64,000 bases of DNA. Source: Actinomycetota bacterium. Its GTDB lineage: Bacteria; Actinomycetota; UBA4738; JBBDHU01. Shown here piece by piece: positions 34,665-44,110 of this stretch (position 1 is its first letter; the number at the start of each line of letters is the position of its first letter). Position numbers and translations under genes: made by a program. The notes beneath the pieces are model-generated. The model saw only the letters and a list, made by a program, of their open reading frames with translations, was not told the DNA's origin and did not search any database. The stretch lies in contig JBBDHU010000001.1 in the NCBI GenBank assembly GCA_040880705.1, positions 315,573 to 379,572 of the forward strand, read 5' to 3'.

Positions 34665-36226
34665 ACGTCGAGCTTTACGACACCACGCTTCGCGACGGGG
34701 CGCAGCGCGCCGGTCTCTCGTATTCCATCGAGGACAGGATGCGGATCCTGCATAAGCTAGACGAGCTTGGGTTTCCGTATGTCGAGGGCGGATGGCCCGG
34801 CGCGAACCCCCGCGACACGGAGTTCTTCCGGCTCGCGACCAAGGAGAAGCTCAAGAACGCGCAACTCACCGCGTTCGGAATGACTCGAAAGGCCGGGGAG
34901 AAGGCTGCCGACAGCCCTGTGCTCCGGGATCTCATCGATGCCGGAACAGAGACCGTGTGTCTCGTCGGGAAGTCCTGGGACCTGCACGTCACCGAGGCGC
35001 TCCGAACCGACCTGAAGGAAGGCGTCCAGATGGTCGCCGATTCGATCGCCTTTCTCGCAAACGAAGGCCGGCGTGTTTTCTTCGATGCCGAACACTTCTT
35101 CGACGGCTATCGAAACAACCTCGAATACGCGATGGAGGTGCTTCGAGCCGCGGAGGATGCAGGCGCCGAGCGCCTCGTCCTTTGTGACACCAACGGAGGG
35201 TCGCTCCCCGCGGGCATCTCACACGTGGTTGCCGCGGTGCGCGATACCGTCGAAGCACCGCTGGGAGTTCACGTTCACAACGACACGGGGTGCGCCGTTG
35301 CCGGATCGCTGGTCGCCGTCGAGGCCGGGGCGCTTCAGGTTCAGGGGACCATCAACGGCTACGGCGAGCGCTGCGGCAATGCCGACTTGGTCCCGATCGT
35401 CGCCGACCTGCAGCTGAAGATGGGCGTCGAGTGCTTGCCGCAGGAATCCATCGGACGCCTGACCGAGCTTTCCCACTTCGTCGCCGAGGTCGCCAACGTC
35501 ATCCCCGAGGCGCACCAGCCTTACGTCGGCCGCTACTCGTTCACTCACAAGGCGGGGTTGCACACGGCGGGGGTGGCACGCCTGACGGAGGCTTACGAGC
35601 ATGTTCCGCCGGAATCCGTTGGGAACCATCGCGGAGTCGCCGCGTCGGATCTCGGGGGGAAGGCGACGCTTCTCATGAAGGCGACGGAGCTGGCGATCGA
35701 CCTGGATGAGAAGTCGATCCCTTCGATCCTGACCAGGTTGAAGGAGCTGGAAGCGAAGGGCTACACGTTCGAGGCGGCCGACGCGTCGCTCGAGTTGCTG
35801 ATGCGCCGCGACATGGGATGGGAACAGGACTGGTTCAGCATCGAGAGCTTCCGGGTGACCGTCGACGAATGGGAAGGGGCCGGAGTTCAGGCGGAGGCCA
35901 CCGTGAAGGTCCACGCGGCCGATGAGCGCCACCTCGCGACGGCCGAAGGAGCCGGCCCGGTCGGCGCCCTCGACAACGCGTTTCGAAAGGCCGTCGGGCA
36001 GATCTATCCGGAGTTGGAGTACATAGAGCTGACCGACTACCGAGTGCGCGTCCTGGACACGAAATCGGGGACCGGGGCGGTCGTTCGCGTGCTGATCGAT
36101 TCGTCTAACGGCGAGCGGGAGTGGACCACGATCGGCGTCTCGGAGAACATTATCGAGGCATCGTGGGAGGCGCTCCAAGATTCGATCGTCTTCGGGCTCC
36201 TGCATCCGCGTGAGCACGCGGCCTAG
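34661..36226 (+). CDS. cimA: LeuA-family paralog, citramalate synthase-like (CimA/LeuA_rel)
   Basis: ATG overlapping the leuB stop (ATGA). YDTTLRDGAQRAG, HVHNDTGCAVAGS. C-terminal LeuA_dimer-like domain. 521 aa. Confidence 0.8.
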   Translation: MNVELYDTTLRDGAQRAGLSYSIEDRMRILHKLDELGFPYVEGGWPGANPRDTEFFRLATKEKLKNAQLTAFGMTRKAGEKAADSPVLRDLIDAGTETVCLVGKSWDLHVTEALRTDLKEGVQMVADSIAFLANEGRRVFFDAEHFFDGYRNNLEYAMEVLRAAEDAGAERLVLCDTNGGSLPAGISHVVAAVRDTVEAPLGVHVHNDTGCAVAGSLVAVEAGALQVQGTINGYGERCGNADLVPIVADLQLKMGVECLPQESIGRLTELSHFVAEVANVIPEAHQPYVGRYSFTHKAGLHTAGVARLTEAYEHVPPESVGNHRGVAASDLGGKATLLMKATELAIDLDEKSIPSILTRLKELEAKGYTFEAADASLELLMRRDMGWEQDWFSIESFRVTVDEWEGAGVQAEATVKVHAADERHLATAEGAGPVGALDNAFRKAVGQIYPELEYIELTDYRVRVLDTKSGTGAVVRVLIDSSNGEREWTTIGVSENIIEASWEALQDSIVFGLLHPREHAA

Positions 36227-36649
36227 CTACTCGCCGAAAAGCACGAACACCTTGAACTTGTTGCTCTCTCCGTGACCGCCGATCTTCCACTGGAACTTGT
36301 AGGGATGGTTTTGGACGGCGTGCCGACGGTGAGTTTGCCAGGCGACGCGCATGATCCCCCCATCGGTTATGTCGGCCGTGGCGAAACGGTTCCACTCGTC
36401 GCTTCCGGGCCGCTTGCGGAGCAGGCGCCCTTCCAGATGGGGGTGCGGCGGATCGACGATGCCACGGATGTGCACCTTGTCCCCGAAGTGGAAGCTCTTG
36501 TTTCGCCCACAGGGCGGCCCTCTTCTCTCTTTCGACGAACAGCCGGTGAACGACTCCGGTGGATCTGCGGCCAAAGGAATCGCGGGCAGGAGAAGCGCAG
36601 AGGAGACCAGGAGAACGGCACTAACAGCCTTAGGGACGACTCGAGCCAT
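36227..36649 (-). CDS. Hypothetical secreted protein (signal peptide)
   Basis: MARVVPKAVSAVLLVSSALLLPAIPLAADP signal. No recognised domain. The 53-aa upstream extension in the track was ignored. Confidence 0.45.
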   Translation of the reverse strand: MARVVPKAVSAVLLVSSALLLPAIPLAADPPESFTGCSSKERRGPPCGRNKSFHFGDKVHIRGIVDPPHPHLEGRLLRKRPGSDEWNRFATADITDGGIMRVAWQTHRRHAVQNHPYKFQWKIGGHGESNKFKVFVLFGE

Positions 36650-36680
36650 GGCCCTTCCTCCTTGCATCGATGTGGGGACG

Positions 36681-37352
36681 CTAGGCCCGGTCCTTTCTGC
36701 TGTCAAACCTGCGCTCCGGCGCCTTTCGGTCCGTCCAGCCCGGCCAGAGGATTTCCGCGAGCCGGACCGGGACTTCGCCGTTGCCGTGCATCGCTCGCCA
36801 AACGCCACGGTAAGCCGGCAGGAGGCCGGTTGCCACGACCAGATGTCCGATCACCGACAGGAGAAGGACAACCGTCGCGATCTGATGCAGGCGGATATTA
36901 AATGCGTATACGCCCGGGGCGAACTGCCGGGGGAACGCCATGAAGAGGCCGGTCACCGAGAGAACGAGCAGCGAGATGACGACGACGATGTTGAAGACGC
37001 GCTGTCCCGGATCGAAGTGGTTGTTGTGATTCGGGAGTGTGTTCCGGGTCGGGTGCAAGACGAATCCCGGGTAGCTTCGAAACCACCAAACGTCCGACCT
37101 TCGAAAATGGAAGGAGTCGCGAAGGAATCGTCGCGCCGACCTGGGGTTGGCCACCACGATGACTCCGGCTGCGGCGATCAAGAGAAATCCCACCCATCGG
37201 TGCGAGACGGCCGCTCCGACGTGGCCACCGAAAACTGCGGCGATCCAGTGCTGACCCTCAGCGAAGACCGCCACTCCGGAAAGGAACAGAAATCCGGTGG
37301 TCAGGTAGAGGGTCGCGTGGATCCGGCGGGCCTGCCGCGCGTTTCGCGGCAA
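36681..37352 (-). CDS. Cytochrome b-family (PF01292-like) integral membrane protein
   Basis: Four predicted TM helices with conserved His in helices (HWIAAVFGGHVG, HQIATVVLLLSVIGHLV). 223 aa. Confidence 0.5.
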   Translation of the reverse strand: MPRNARQARRIHATLYLTTGFLFLSGVAVFAEGQHWIAAVFGGHVGAAVSHRWVGFLLIAAAGVIVVANPRSARRFLRDSFHFRRSDVWWFRSYPGFVLHPTRNTLPNHNNHFDPGQRVFNIVVVISLLVLSVTGLFMAFPRQFAPGVYAFNIRLHQIATVVLLLSVIGHLVVATGLLPAYRGVWRAMHGNGEVPVRLAEILWPGWTDRKAPERRFDSRKDRA

Positions 37353-37374
37353 CCTGTCGAGGTCGGATGCGGGG

Positions 37375-37836
37375 TTAGTACCCCCGGTCGTAGCCGCCGT
37401 CGTCGGCCCCGGTCGTGTCGGGCGGTTGCTCTTCCGGCGCCCCGCCTGTCCCCGCGACGCTCACGCGAACGGAGGTGGACACGTCGGTCTCGTTGTGGTT
37501 GGCGTCGGCCAGCACGACGCGGATCTGCTTCGTGCCGGCTGGAACCTTGAGGTCTGCGGCGGTGCTTTCCACGACTTCGTACTCGGAGCTGTCGTCGTAG
37601 TAGACGTGAATGTGCATCTTTCCGGTGTCCGTTGGGCCGATCTCGGCGCCGTTGACCACCATGACCAGATGGACCGGGTTGGAGACCTCCTGGCCCTCGG
37701 TCGGGCTGGTGATGATCAGCTGTGACTGCCCGCCCGCACCCGAGCCCTGGCCGGCCGTGCCGCCTTGCGAGGCGTTCCGGCACGCGGCCGTCGCCAGCAG
37801 GCTTGCCGCGAGCAGTATCCAGACTCGGCTTCTCAT
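37375..37836 (-). CDS. Small secreted lipoprotein (DUF4399-like)
   Basis: Signal plus lipobox (LLAASLLATAAC). GKMHIHVYYDD motif. 153 aa. Directly upstream of the cytochrome b gene on the same strand. Confidence 0.5.
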   Translation of the reverse strand: MRSRVWILLAASLLATAACRNASQGGTAGQGSGAGGQSQLIITSPTEGQEVSNPVHLVMVVNGAEIGPTDTGKMHIHVYYDDSSEYEVVESTAADLKVPAGTKQIRVVLADANHNETDVSTSVRVSVAGTGGAPEEQPPDTTGADDGGYDRGY

Positions 37837-37896
37837 CTCTTCGCACGAGTCTATCCCGTCTCCCCGTTTGGGTGGCCTCCCCTAGACTTGGGCGCG

Positions 37897-38376
37897 ATGG
37901 CACATGAACACGGCGGCCTGCGGCAGATCGAGTTCTTGCTGGGGACATGGCGCGGCGGGGGAGAAGGTGACTGGCCGGGGGCCGATCACTTCGTCTACGA
38001 GGAAGAGATTCGTTTCGAGGACGGAGGCGCAGGTGCGGACTTCCCGTTCTTCTCGTACCTCGAGCGATCGTGGGATCCGCAGACGGGGGAGACCCTTCAC
38101 AAGGAGGCCGGCTTCTGGCGATGTCATGAGGGCGGAGCCGTCGACGCAGTGCTGTCGCACCCGGTCGCGGTCACCGAGGTCACCGAGGGACGGCTGGAGG
38201 GCTCGAGCATCGTGCTTTCGTCCAAGGCGATTGCCCGCGCGAGTGAGAGCGACCCGGTGACACGGCTCGAGCGGCGATACGCCATCAACCGCGACACGCT
38301 GACGTACGAACTGGAGATGGCGACCGAGGATGTGGTGCTCACGCATCACCTCAGCGGCAGGCTCGAACGAGCCTAG
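37897..38376 (+). CDS. FABP-family / nitrobindin-like (THAP4-type beta-barrel, DUF1794) protein
   Basis: Start MAHEHGGLRQIEFLLGTWRGGGEG, the hallmark of this family. 159 aa. Confidence 0.65.
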   Translation: MAHEHGGLRQIEFLLGTWRGGGEGDWPGADHFVYEEEIRFEDGGAGADFPFFSYLERSWDPQTGETLHKEAGFWRCHEGGAVDAVLSHPVAVTEVTEGRLEGSSIVLSSKAIARASESDPVTRLERRYAINRDTLTYELEMATEDVVLTHHLSGRLERA

Positions 38377-39071
38377 ATCTCCACCTTGCCGAGGTTCTCT
38401 CCCTTGTAACGATCCTTGTCGACGCATCCGTCGATGCCGTTGACGGATCCGCAATCCGTCCATTGCCAAAATGTCCAGCCGTGTCGCGACCAATTTCGTG
38501 CCGGCACGTCCGGGTTGCGTGTGAACCAGTGCGCGATCCACAGCCGGTATCCGTTCTTGGCGAACCTTCGTGTGTTGTCGAGCGCTCCCCTCCAGAAACT
38601 GGGGCTCGTGTAGATCATCGGCTTGACGCCGATGCGATTTTGCACTCGGTTCAGCCAGATCGCCGCCCATTGGGCCATGCGCCGGGGGCTCAGCCCCCCG
38701 GTCTGCTCGAGATCCAATGCGGGAATCATGTTCCCCGAGTGCAGATCCGCGTTGTCCACGAAATGGTTCGCCTCTTCGAGTGCGTCCGGCTTGCCGCCGT
38801 TCGGCTTCGCGTAGTGGTATGCGGTGAAATGGATTCCCTCTCCTTCGGCGCCGTCCTTGTTGAAGTCGTACATCGGATCGGCGTAGTTGTTCCCGCGCGT
38901 CGCGCGCGCGATAACGAAACGAATCGAGGTGTTTCCGACGGCCGGCCAATTGATGACGTCCTGGTATTGCGAGACGTCTATTCCTTTTGCGCGCCCTGCA
39001 GAAGCGGGCTCTGCCTGCAGGACCATCGACAGGGAGACGACGAGCACCAGAGTAGAGAGCATTTTTCGCAT
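38373..39071 (-). CDS. Glycoside hydrolase family 25 lysozyme (secreted)
   Basis: Signal peptide. KGIDVSQYQ catalytic signature. C-terminal DxxD motifs. Confidence 0.8.
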   Translation of the reverse strand: MRKMLSTLVLVVSLSMVLQAEPASAGRAKGIDVSQYQDVINWPAVGNTSIRFVIARATRGNNYADPMYDFNKDGAEGEGIHFTAYHYAKPNGGKPDALEEANHFVDNADLHSGNMIPALDLEQTGGLSPRRMAQWAAIWLNRVQNRIGVKPMIYTSPSFWRGALDNTRRFAKNGYRLWIAHWFTRNPDVPARNWSRHGWTFWQWTDCGSVNGIDGCVDKDRYKGENLGKVEI

Positions 39072-39108
39072 CGGTAAATACCCTAGCAACACGAGCGGCA
39101 AACGAAGC

Positions 39109-39423
39109 TCAGTCCCTTAGTTTCTTACGCTCCGCGATCATTTCAACGGCACTCGTGATGCGGCGGGCCCGCGTCTCTTCCCTTTTGGCTTCCTCGATCC
39201 ATTGCACGTACTCGCGTTGATGCGAATAGGAGAAGGAACTCCACGCCTCGAGAAGCCCCTTCCGGCGTGAGAGTGCTTTTCTGAGGTCGTTCGGCAACTC
39301 GACGACGCGGGGTTGTTCATCCAGCTCCACAACTACCTCGACCTTGTCGCCCGCCTCGGCCCCGGCTTCCGCCATCACGGCCGTCGGCACGCCGATCATC
39401 GTTACGCCTCGCATCTTCATCAC
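39109..39423 (-). CDS. DUF1905 / YdeI-OmpD-associated-family small protein
   Basis: LPNDLRKALSRRKGLLEAWSSFSYSHQREYVQWIEEAKREETRARRI resembles the YdeI C-terminal region. 104 aa. Start ambiguous (several Met). Confidence 0.4.
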   Translation of the reverse strand: MMKMRGVTMIGVPTAVMAEAGAEAGDKVEVVVELDEQPRVVELPNDLRKALSRRKGLLEAWSSFSYSHQREYVQWIEEAKREETRARRITSAVEMIAERKKLRD

Positions 39424-39565
39424 GGAGCCGCGATACGGCGCGCCGTTGAACCGGGCAACACCGGCGTGCGGCCTTTGCCGCCGAGCGCAGCGACGACCTT
39501 CGCAGGGACCTTTACGAAGTGCCCGCTGCCCCCGGCGGACTTGAGCGGTGCGGTGAACCGCTCCC

Positions 39566-40354
39566 TCATCTACCCTCCAGTTCTTGTACTGCCCCTAGAT
39601 CCTTCTCGGATATCCCCGGCCGCTCGGCCTCGGCCCCGGGCGGCAGCTCGACCTGAAGCACGGTCGCGCGCATCACTCGGATCCGCACATCCGTCGCTTG
39701 GTAGTCGAGCATGTGCCCGCCTCTCGTTCGATCCTCCGTGACGAAATGCAGGTGGTATCCGGGAATCTCGATCCCCCGGGCTTCGTCGGGAAACCGATAG
39801 CCGAAGAACGACCCCGTAGCTTGCTCGAACTTGAATTTCCGCTGATTCGCTGCCAGCGCCTCGGCGAACAGGCGGTACTGCTTGCGCTCCGGAACGGCGC
39901 TTCTGGCATCGACCCGCGGGAAGTGGCCGTCGAGCCGGATGCAGAGCGACGCCTCCGGCGAGTCGGCCAGCCGGCCGATCTCCGCCTCGATCTCCGAGCG
40001 GTCGTGGGTTCCCTCGAATATCTCGTCGGCGTCGGGTCGCATGAAAGTGACCATGGCGAACGGCGTCAGCCTCTCGGGGGGAACGGGATGCGAAACCCCG
40101 TCCGCCGTCATCTGGAACACCTCGCCGTCGAGAACCAGCAACTCGCCGTCGAGAGAGTTCAGTGTTCCGATCCCGTGATCCCCGTGAGCGAGCAACTCGC
40201 CGATCGTGACGTCACCGTCGTATCGCCCGGCCATGAGCCCGTCCAGGGTCGCAACCTGCAGGATGTGCCGCTCGCCCGGGCGATCGGGTTGAACCTGGGC
40301 GCGCGGAACCTCGACTATCCGAAGTCCGGGGATTCGGATTTCGTTCTCACTCAC
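39566..40354 (-). CDS. alsD: Alpha-acetolactate decarboxylase
   Basis: Full-length AlsD/BudA architecture with conserved His/Glu metal ligands (GTLNSLDGE, IPGYHLHFVTEDRTRGGHMLD). Confidence 0.85.
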   Translation of the reverse strand: MSENEIRIPGLRIVEVPRAQVQPDRPGERHILQVATLDGLMAGRYDGDVTIGELLAHGDHGIGTLNSLDGELLVLDGEVFQMTADGVSHPVPPERLTPFAMVTFMRPDADEIFEGTHDRSEIEAEIGRLADSPEASLCIRLDGHFPRVDARSAVPERKQYRLFAEALAANQRKFKFEQATGSFFGYRFPDEARGIEIPGYHLHFVTEDRTRGGHMLDYQATDVRIRVMRATVLQVELPPGAEAERPGISEKDLGAVQELEGR

Positions 40355-40392
40355 GGCTTCGACCCTAACCGAGTGCCGGCGGGCCGGGCCCC

Positions 40393-41511
40393 CTAGTCGA
40401 AGAGCTGAATGCTCCCCGCTTTCACGAATCGAACGAACGGCGGGTACTCGGCCTCCCGCTCGTCGGAGAAACTGACCAGTCCGAGGATCGTTTCGTCGGC
40501 GACGAATTCGCGGAGCCCCTGCTCGATGCCGGAGGATCCCTTCCCTCCCAAGACGACGGCCCGGGTCAGGATTTCAACTGCGGCGTATCCCTGCGCCGCG
40601 AAGGTGTCCGGGGCCCTACCGATCGCCTGCTCGTAGCCCTTCACGAACTGCTTGCTGAGTGCGTTGGGGCGTCTGGGGTCCCAGGACGAAGCCACGATTA
40701 GGCCCCCACCCGTTCGGCCGGCCGCCCTCAGGACAGATGGAGTGTTGAAACCGTTTCCCCCGACGACGAGCTGCCGTCGCCGCTGGTCCTTCATCACTCT
40801 CATTAACATCAGCGCGTCGGCCGCGTAGGACGGAATGAAGAACGCCTCCGGGCCCGGTGCGGCCGCGTTCTCGACGGCCTCGGCGTGGTCTCGCCCGTTG
40901 GTCGTGAAATGAGCTTGGCGAATGATCGTGATCCCGTATGCTTTCGCGGATTCACGGAACCATCCGGCTGCGGCACTCGAATATTCCTCGTTCGGATCGA
41001 AGATGATTGCCGCGGTGGTGAGGCCGGTTCTTTCCGCCGCCGACTCTACTCCGGCGTCTATGATCGCCCGCTCACTCAACGACACCCTCCACACCGTGTC
41101 GCCGAACTTGGTTATGTCGAGGGCCGAGTTCGTTGCTGCCAGGACGGGCACTCCCGCCTGCTGCGCTATCTGGTCGGTCTCGGCCGCCACGACCGAGAGC
41201 ATCGGCCCGATTATCACGTTGACCTTCTCCGCTATGAGTTCGCGAAAAGCCTGCTGGGCACCGGCTACGGTCGACTTGTCATCGCGAGAGACCAGTTCCA
41301 CGTGGGTGTCCCCGAGATCTCCGGACTGGTTCAGGCGTTCGACCGCATACCTGACGCCGGCAAGCGCGCTCCTTCCGTAGACGGCCGCGTCGCCGGTCGT
41401 TGACATCACGACGCCCACCTTGAGGTTGTCCGTTGGGGTCGGCGCAGGCTTGCCGCCGCAGGACGCCGCGAGCAGAGCCAAGGCGCATAGAAGGGAGGGC
41501 ACGCGTTTCAT
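40393..41511 (-). CDS. LivJ/Peripla_BP_6-type ABC substrate-binding lipoprotein
   Basis: Signal plus lipobox (ALALLAASCGG). Type-I periplasmic binding fold. Confidence 0.75.
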   Translation of the reverse strand: MKRVPSLLCALALLAASCGGKPAPTPTDNLKVGVVMSTTGDAAVYGRSALAGVRYAVERLNQSGDLGDTHVELVSRDDKSTVAGAQQAFRELIAEKVNVIIGPMLSVVAAETDQIAQQAGVPVLAATNSALDITKFGDTVWRVSLSERAIIDAGVESAAERTGLTTAAIIFDPNEEYSSAAAGWFRESAKAYGITIIRQAHFTTNGRDHAEAVENAAAPGPEAFFIPSYAADALMLMRVMKDQRRRQLVVGGNGFNTPSVLRAAGRTGGGLIVASSWDPRRPNALSKQFVKGYEQAIGRAPDTFAAQGYAAVEILTRAVVLGGKGSSGIEQGLREFVADETILGLVSFSDEREAEYPPFVRFVKAGSIQLFD

Positions 41512-41582
41512 GGGCAGACATCCTAGCCGTGCCTAGCATTCTCCAGCCGTTATCGTCTGCGCTTCCGGCCAAGGGACAAATA

Positions 41583-42755
41583 ATGATGAGAGCAACTCGC
41601 CGTCTGGTTGTCGGGACGGTTGCGGCCGTCCTCGCCGCGGGATGCACGAGCACCGGGAGCACGACCTCCGGCACCACCGGCGGCGGAGGCGGCGACGCGA
41701 TCAAGATCGTTCTGGAGGGCCCGATCACGGGCGATCAAGGTGCAACCGGAACCGACATGCTGTATGCGGCTCAGCTCGCCGTCGAGCAGGCCAATGCGGA
41801 TGGAGGCGTGCTGGACCAGCAGGTCGAACTGATCGAGGCCGACGATCAGGCGCTAACCGGCAAAGGAGTCCAGCTGGCGAAAGAGCTTGCCACCGACGAT
41901 GTGTTCGCCGTAGTCGGCCCGTACAACTCCTCTGTGGGGGTCAAGAATCTGCCAATCTGGATCGACGGGGGAGTGATCCCCATCCACCTCACGAGCAACG
42001 CCGACACGGACGGGATGGGCTACACCGTCCAACCGAAGGACTATCAGGTGGCTCCCGTCGAGGTCCCCGCGCTGTCGGACTGGCTCGAGGCGGGGAGCGT
42101 CGCGATCGTGTACGACACCTCCACATACACGGCGGACATCGCGAAGCAGGTCAAAGACGATCTGGAGAAGGCGGGCGTGGAGGTTCCCCTCTTCGAAGGA
42201 TTCAAGACCGACAGGCTCGACGCAGGCAAGGTAGTGGATGCGATCGCCGCAACCGACGCGGATTACTTCTACTCCAGCACCTACTTTCCCGAGGGCGGCC
42301 AGATTGCGAAGGCGGCGCACCGAGTACTCGATCAAGACTGTTTCATGGGGCTCGCGAACCAGGATGCGGGTTTCGTCAAAGAGGCCGGCTCGGCGGCGGC
42401 CCAGGAGTGCTACGTAAGCGGCGTCCCTTCGGCCGAGCAGTTTCCGGAGGCCAAGCAGTACGTCGCCGACTACAGGGAGGAGTTCGGACGGGATCCGGGG
42501 ACTTGGGGCACCTTTACCTACGATTCGGTGAACCTTCTCTTCGATGCGGTCCGGCGCGCCGGCGCGTGGGATAAGCAGAAGTTGATGGACGAGCTCTCCG
42601 CCACGAAGGGCTACGAGGGCCTGACGGGGCCGATCACCATCGACCCGAAGACGGGGAATCGGGTGGTCCTTCCGATAGTCATTCTGAAGGTCGACGCCAA
42701 GGGGGACTTCGTCGTCGATCGAAGCTGGGCGAAGTTCGCCGGGTTCGAAATCTAG
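41583..42755 (+). CDS. LivJ/Peripla_BP_6-type ABC substrate-binding lipoprotein, second divergent copy
   Basis: MMRATRRLVVGTVAAVLAAGCTS signal plus lipobox. Type-I PBP fold. Divergently transcribed from the previous SBP. Confidence 0.7.
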   Translation: MMRATRRLVVGTVAAVLAAGCTSTGSTTSGTTGGGGGDAIKIVLEGPITGDQGATGTDMLYAAQLAVEQANADGGVLDQQVELIEADDQALTGKGVQLAKELATDDVFAVVGPYNSSVGVKNLPIWIDGGVIPIHLTSNADTDGMGYTVQPKDYQVAPVEVPALSDWLEAGSVAIVYDTSTYTADIAKQVKDDLEKAGVEVPLFEGFKTDRLDAGKVVDAIAATDADYFYSSTYFPEGGQIAKAAHRVLDQDCFMGLANQDAGFVKEAGSAAAQECYVSGVPSAEQFPEAKQYVADYREEFGRDPGTWGTFTYDSVNLLFDAVRRAGAWDKQKLMDELSATKGYEGLTGPITIDPKTGNRVVLPIVILKVDAKGDFVVDRSWAKFAGFEI

Positions 42756-42897
42756 CGCTCCCCAGGCACGACACCCCCGGGCACCGCTTGTAGTCGGGCG
42801 CGAAATCCCGGTAGATTTCGCCTTCCACGCTGGGATGCCGGGAGCGAACCCCCGCCCGGAATCGGGCTCCGCTTTTCGGTGAAGGAGAGGTGCAAGT

Positions 42898-43659
42898 ATG
42901 GAGAGGCTCGCGTCCGACGTAGGTGCGCCGGTCGAGAACGGACACGGAAAAATGCCGAAGGAGATAGCGGAGCGGCTCGAGGAGCAGCTCGAGTACTACC
43001 GCACGCGGGCACCCGAGTACGACCTGTGGGCGGAGCGCCAAGGTCCCTGGGCGCGCGATCCCGGGATCAGGAAGCAGTGGTTCGACGAGATAACGCTGCT
43101 GGAGGCTGCCCTCGACGTATTCGAGCCACGGGGCCGCATCCTCGAGATCGCATGCGGGACGGGGGCCTGGACCGAGCGGCTGGCCCGCCACACGAACGAA
43201 CTGACCGCCATGGACGCGGCGCCCGAAGTCCTCGACATCAACAGGGCCCGCCCGCACGGAGAAAACGTGGAATTCATCCACGCCGACATCTTCAGCTGGA
43301 CTCCTACCGAAAAGTTCGACGTGATCTTCTTCTCGTTCTGGCTCTCGCACGTGCCCCCGGCTTTGTTCGATCGCTTCTGGGAGGTCGTCGGACAGGCCCT
43401 CGTTCCCGGCGGCCGCGTGTTCGTGATCGACAACGTGCCAAGCGAGGACGCCGACAAGGTGGACCCGGAACTTCCAGGGCCGGACGCGAACTCGGTCGTT
43501 CGAAAGGTGACGGCCGGGGATGCGTTCAGGGTATTCAAGGTGCTCTACACCCCCGACGAGCTCGAGGAGCGCGTAGAGCCGCCGGGCTGGGATCTGCACG
43601 CCAAGTCGACCGGCTCGTTTTTCCTCTACGCGTCAGGGCAGCAGAACATCCCCGACTAG
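42898..43659 (+). CDS. Class I SAM-dependent methyltransferase
   Basis: ILEIACGTGAWT motif I. DVIFFSFWLSHV. GGAGAGG before the ATG. Confidence 0.75.
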   Translation: MERLASDVGAPVENGHGKMPKEIAERLEEQLEYYRTRAPEYDLWAERQGPWARDPGIRKQWFDEITLLEAALDVFEPRGRILEIACGTGAWTERLARHTNELTAMDAAPEVLDINRARPHGENVEFIHADIFSWTPTEKFDVIFFSFWLSHVPPALFDRFWEVVGQALVPGGRVFVIDNVPSEDADKVDPELPGPDANSVVRKVTAGDAFRVFKVLYTPDELEERVEPPGWDLHAKSTGSFFLYASGQQNIPD

Positions 43660-43678
43660 GCCGGCGCGCGAGGTCTCG

Positions 43679-43837
43679 CTAGCTCCTCAGATCTCTGAGC
43701 ACGGTCGTGGCCAGCTTCAGGACCACCACCAGCAGGAACGCGACGAGCAGGAGCAAGCCTGCGAATCTCGCCGTCCGCGACACTACGAAGACGAAAGCCG
43801 ACGAAACAAGCACCAGGAACGACACCGTGGAGGGCAT
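43679..43837 (-). CDS. Possible small hydrophobic membrane protein (52 aa), below ORF-track size cutoff
   Basis: Minus-strand ATG 43837..43835, MPSTVSFLVLVSSAFVFVVSRTARFAGLLLLVAFLLVVVLKLATTVLRDLRS. Two predicted TM segments. Confidence 0.25.
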   Translation of the reverse strand: MPSTVSFLVLVSSAFVFVVSRTARFAGLLLLVAFLLVVVLKLATTVLRDLRS

Positions 43838-44110
43838 GCGCCCACCCTAGTTCTACCCAACGACAGGTACGCCCGGCGCTGTTTTCGCAGCTCGACGAAG
43901 CCGCCGAGAGCGTTTGATATCCTGGACTCGGCATCAAGAGCACCCGGGAAAAGGCCGGGTGCGGCAACCTGGGACGGACACCCAAGGTGCCCTCCCGCGA
44001 CGGCGGGGATGCGGTCGCCGAAACGGCGGCAAGGAAGTGTCCTGAAGGCGAGGCCCGTTCTCCAAGGAGAGCGGGCTCATCGCATTACGGAACCGGCGCG
44101 GGTTGGTGGT

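Noticed and set aside
38373-39071. Prophage (GH25 endolysin)
   Set aside because: No integrase, terminase, capsid, tail or holin genes and no att-like repeats nearby. More likely a host autolysin or secreted lysozyme.
43838-44110. Possible tRNA or CRISPR elements in the larger intergenic regions (also 399-703, 30860-31386)
   Set aside because: No cloverleaf-compatible acceptor or T-arm patterns and no regularly spaced direct repeats were seen by eye. The tRNA-like GGTCTAGCGG string near 44120 lies inside the helicase C-terminal coding region. tRNAscan or CRISPR tools would be needed to be definitive.
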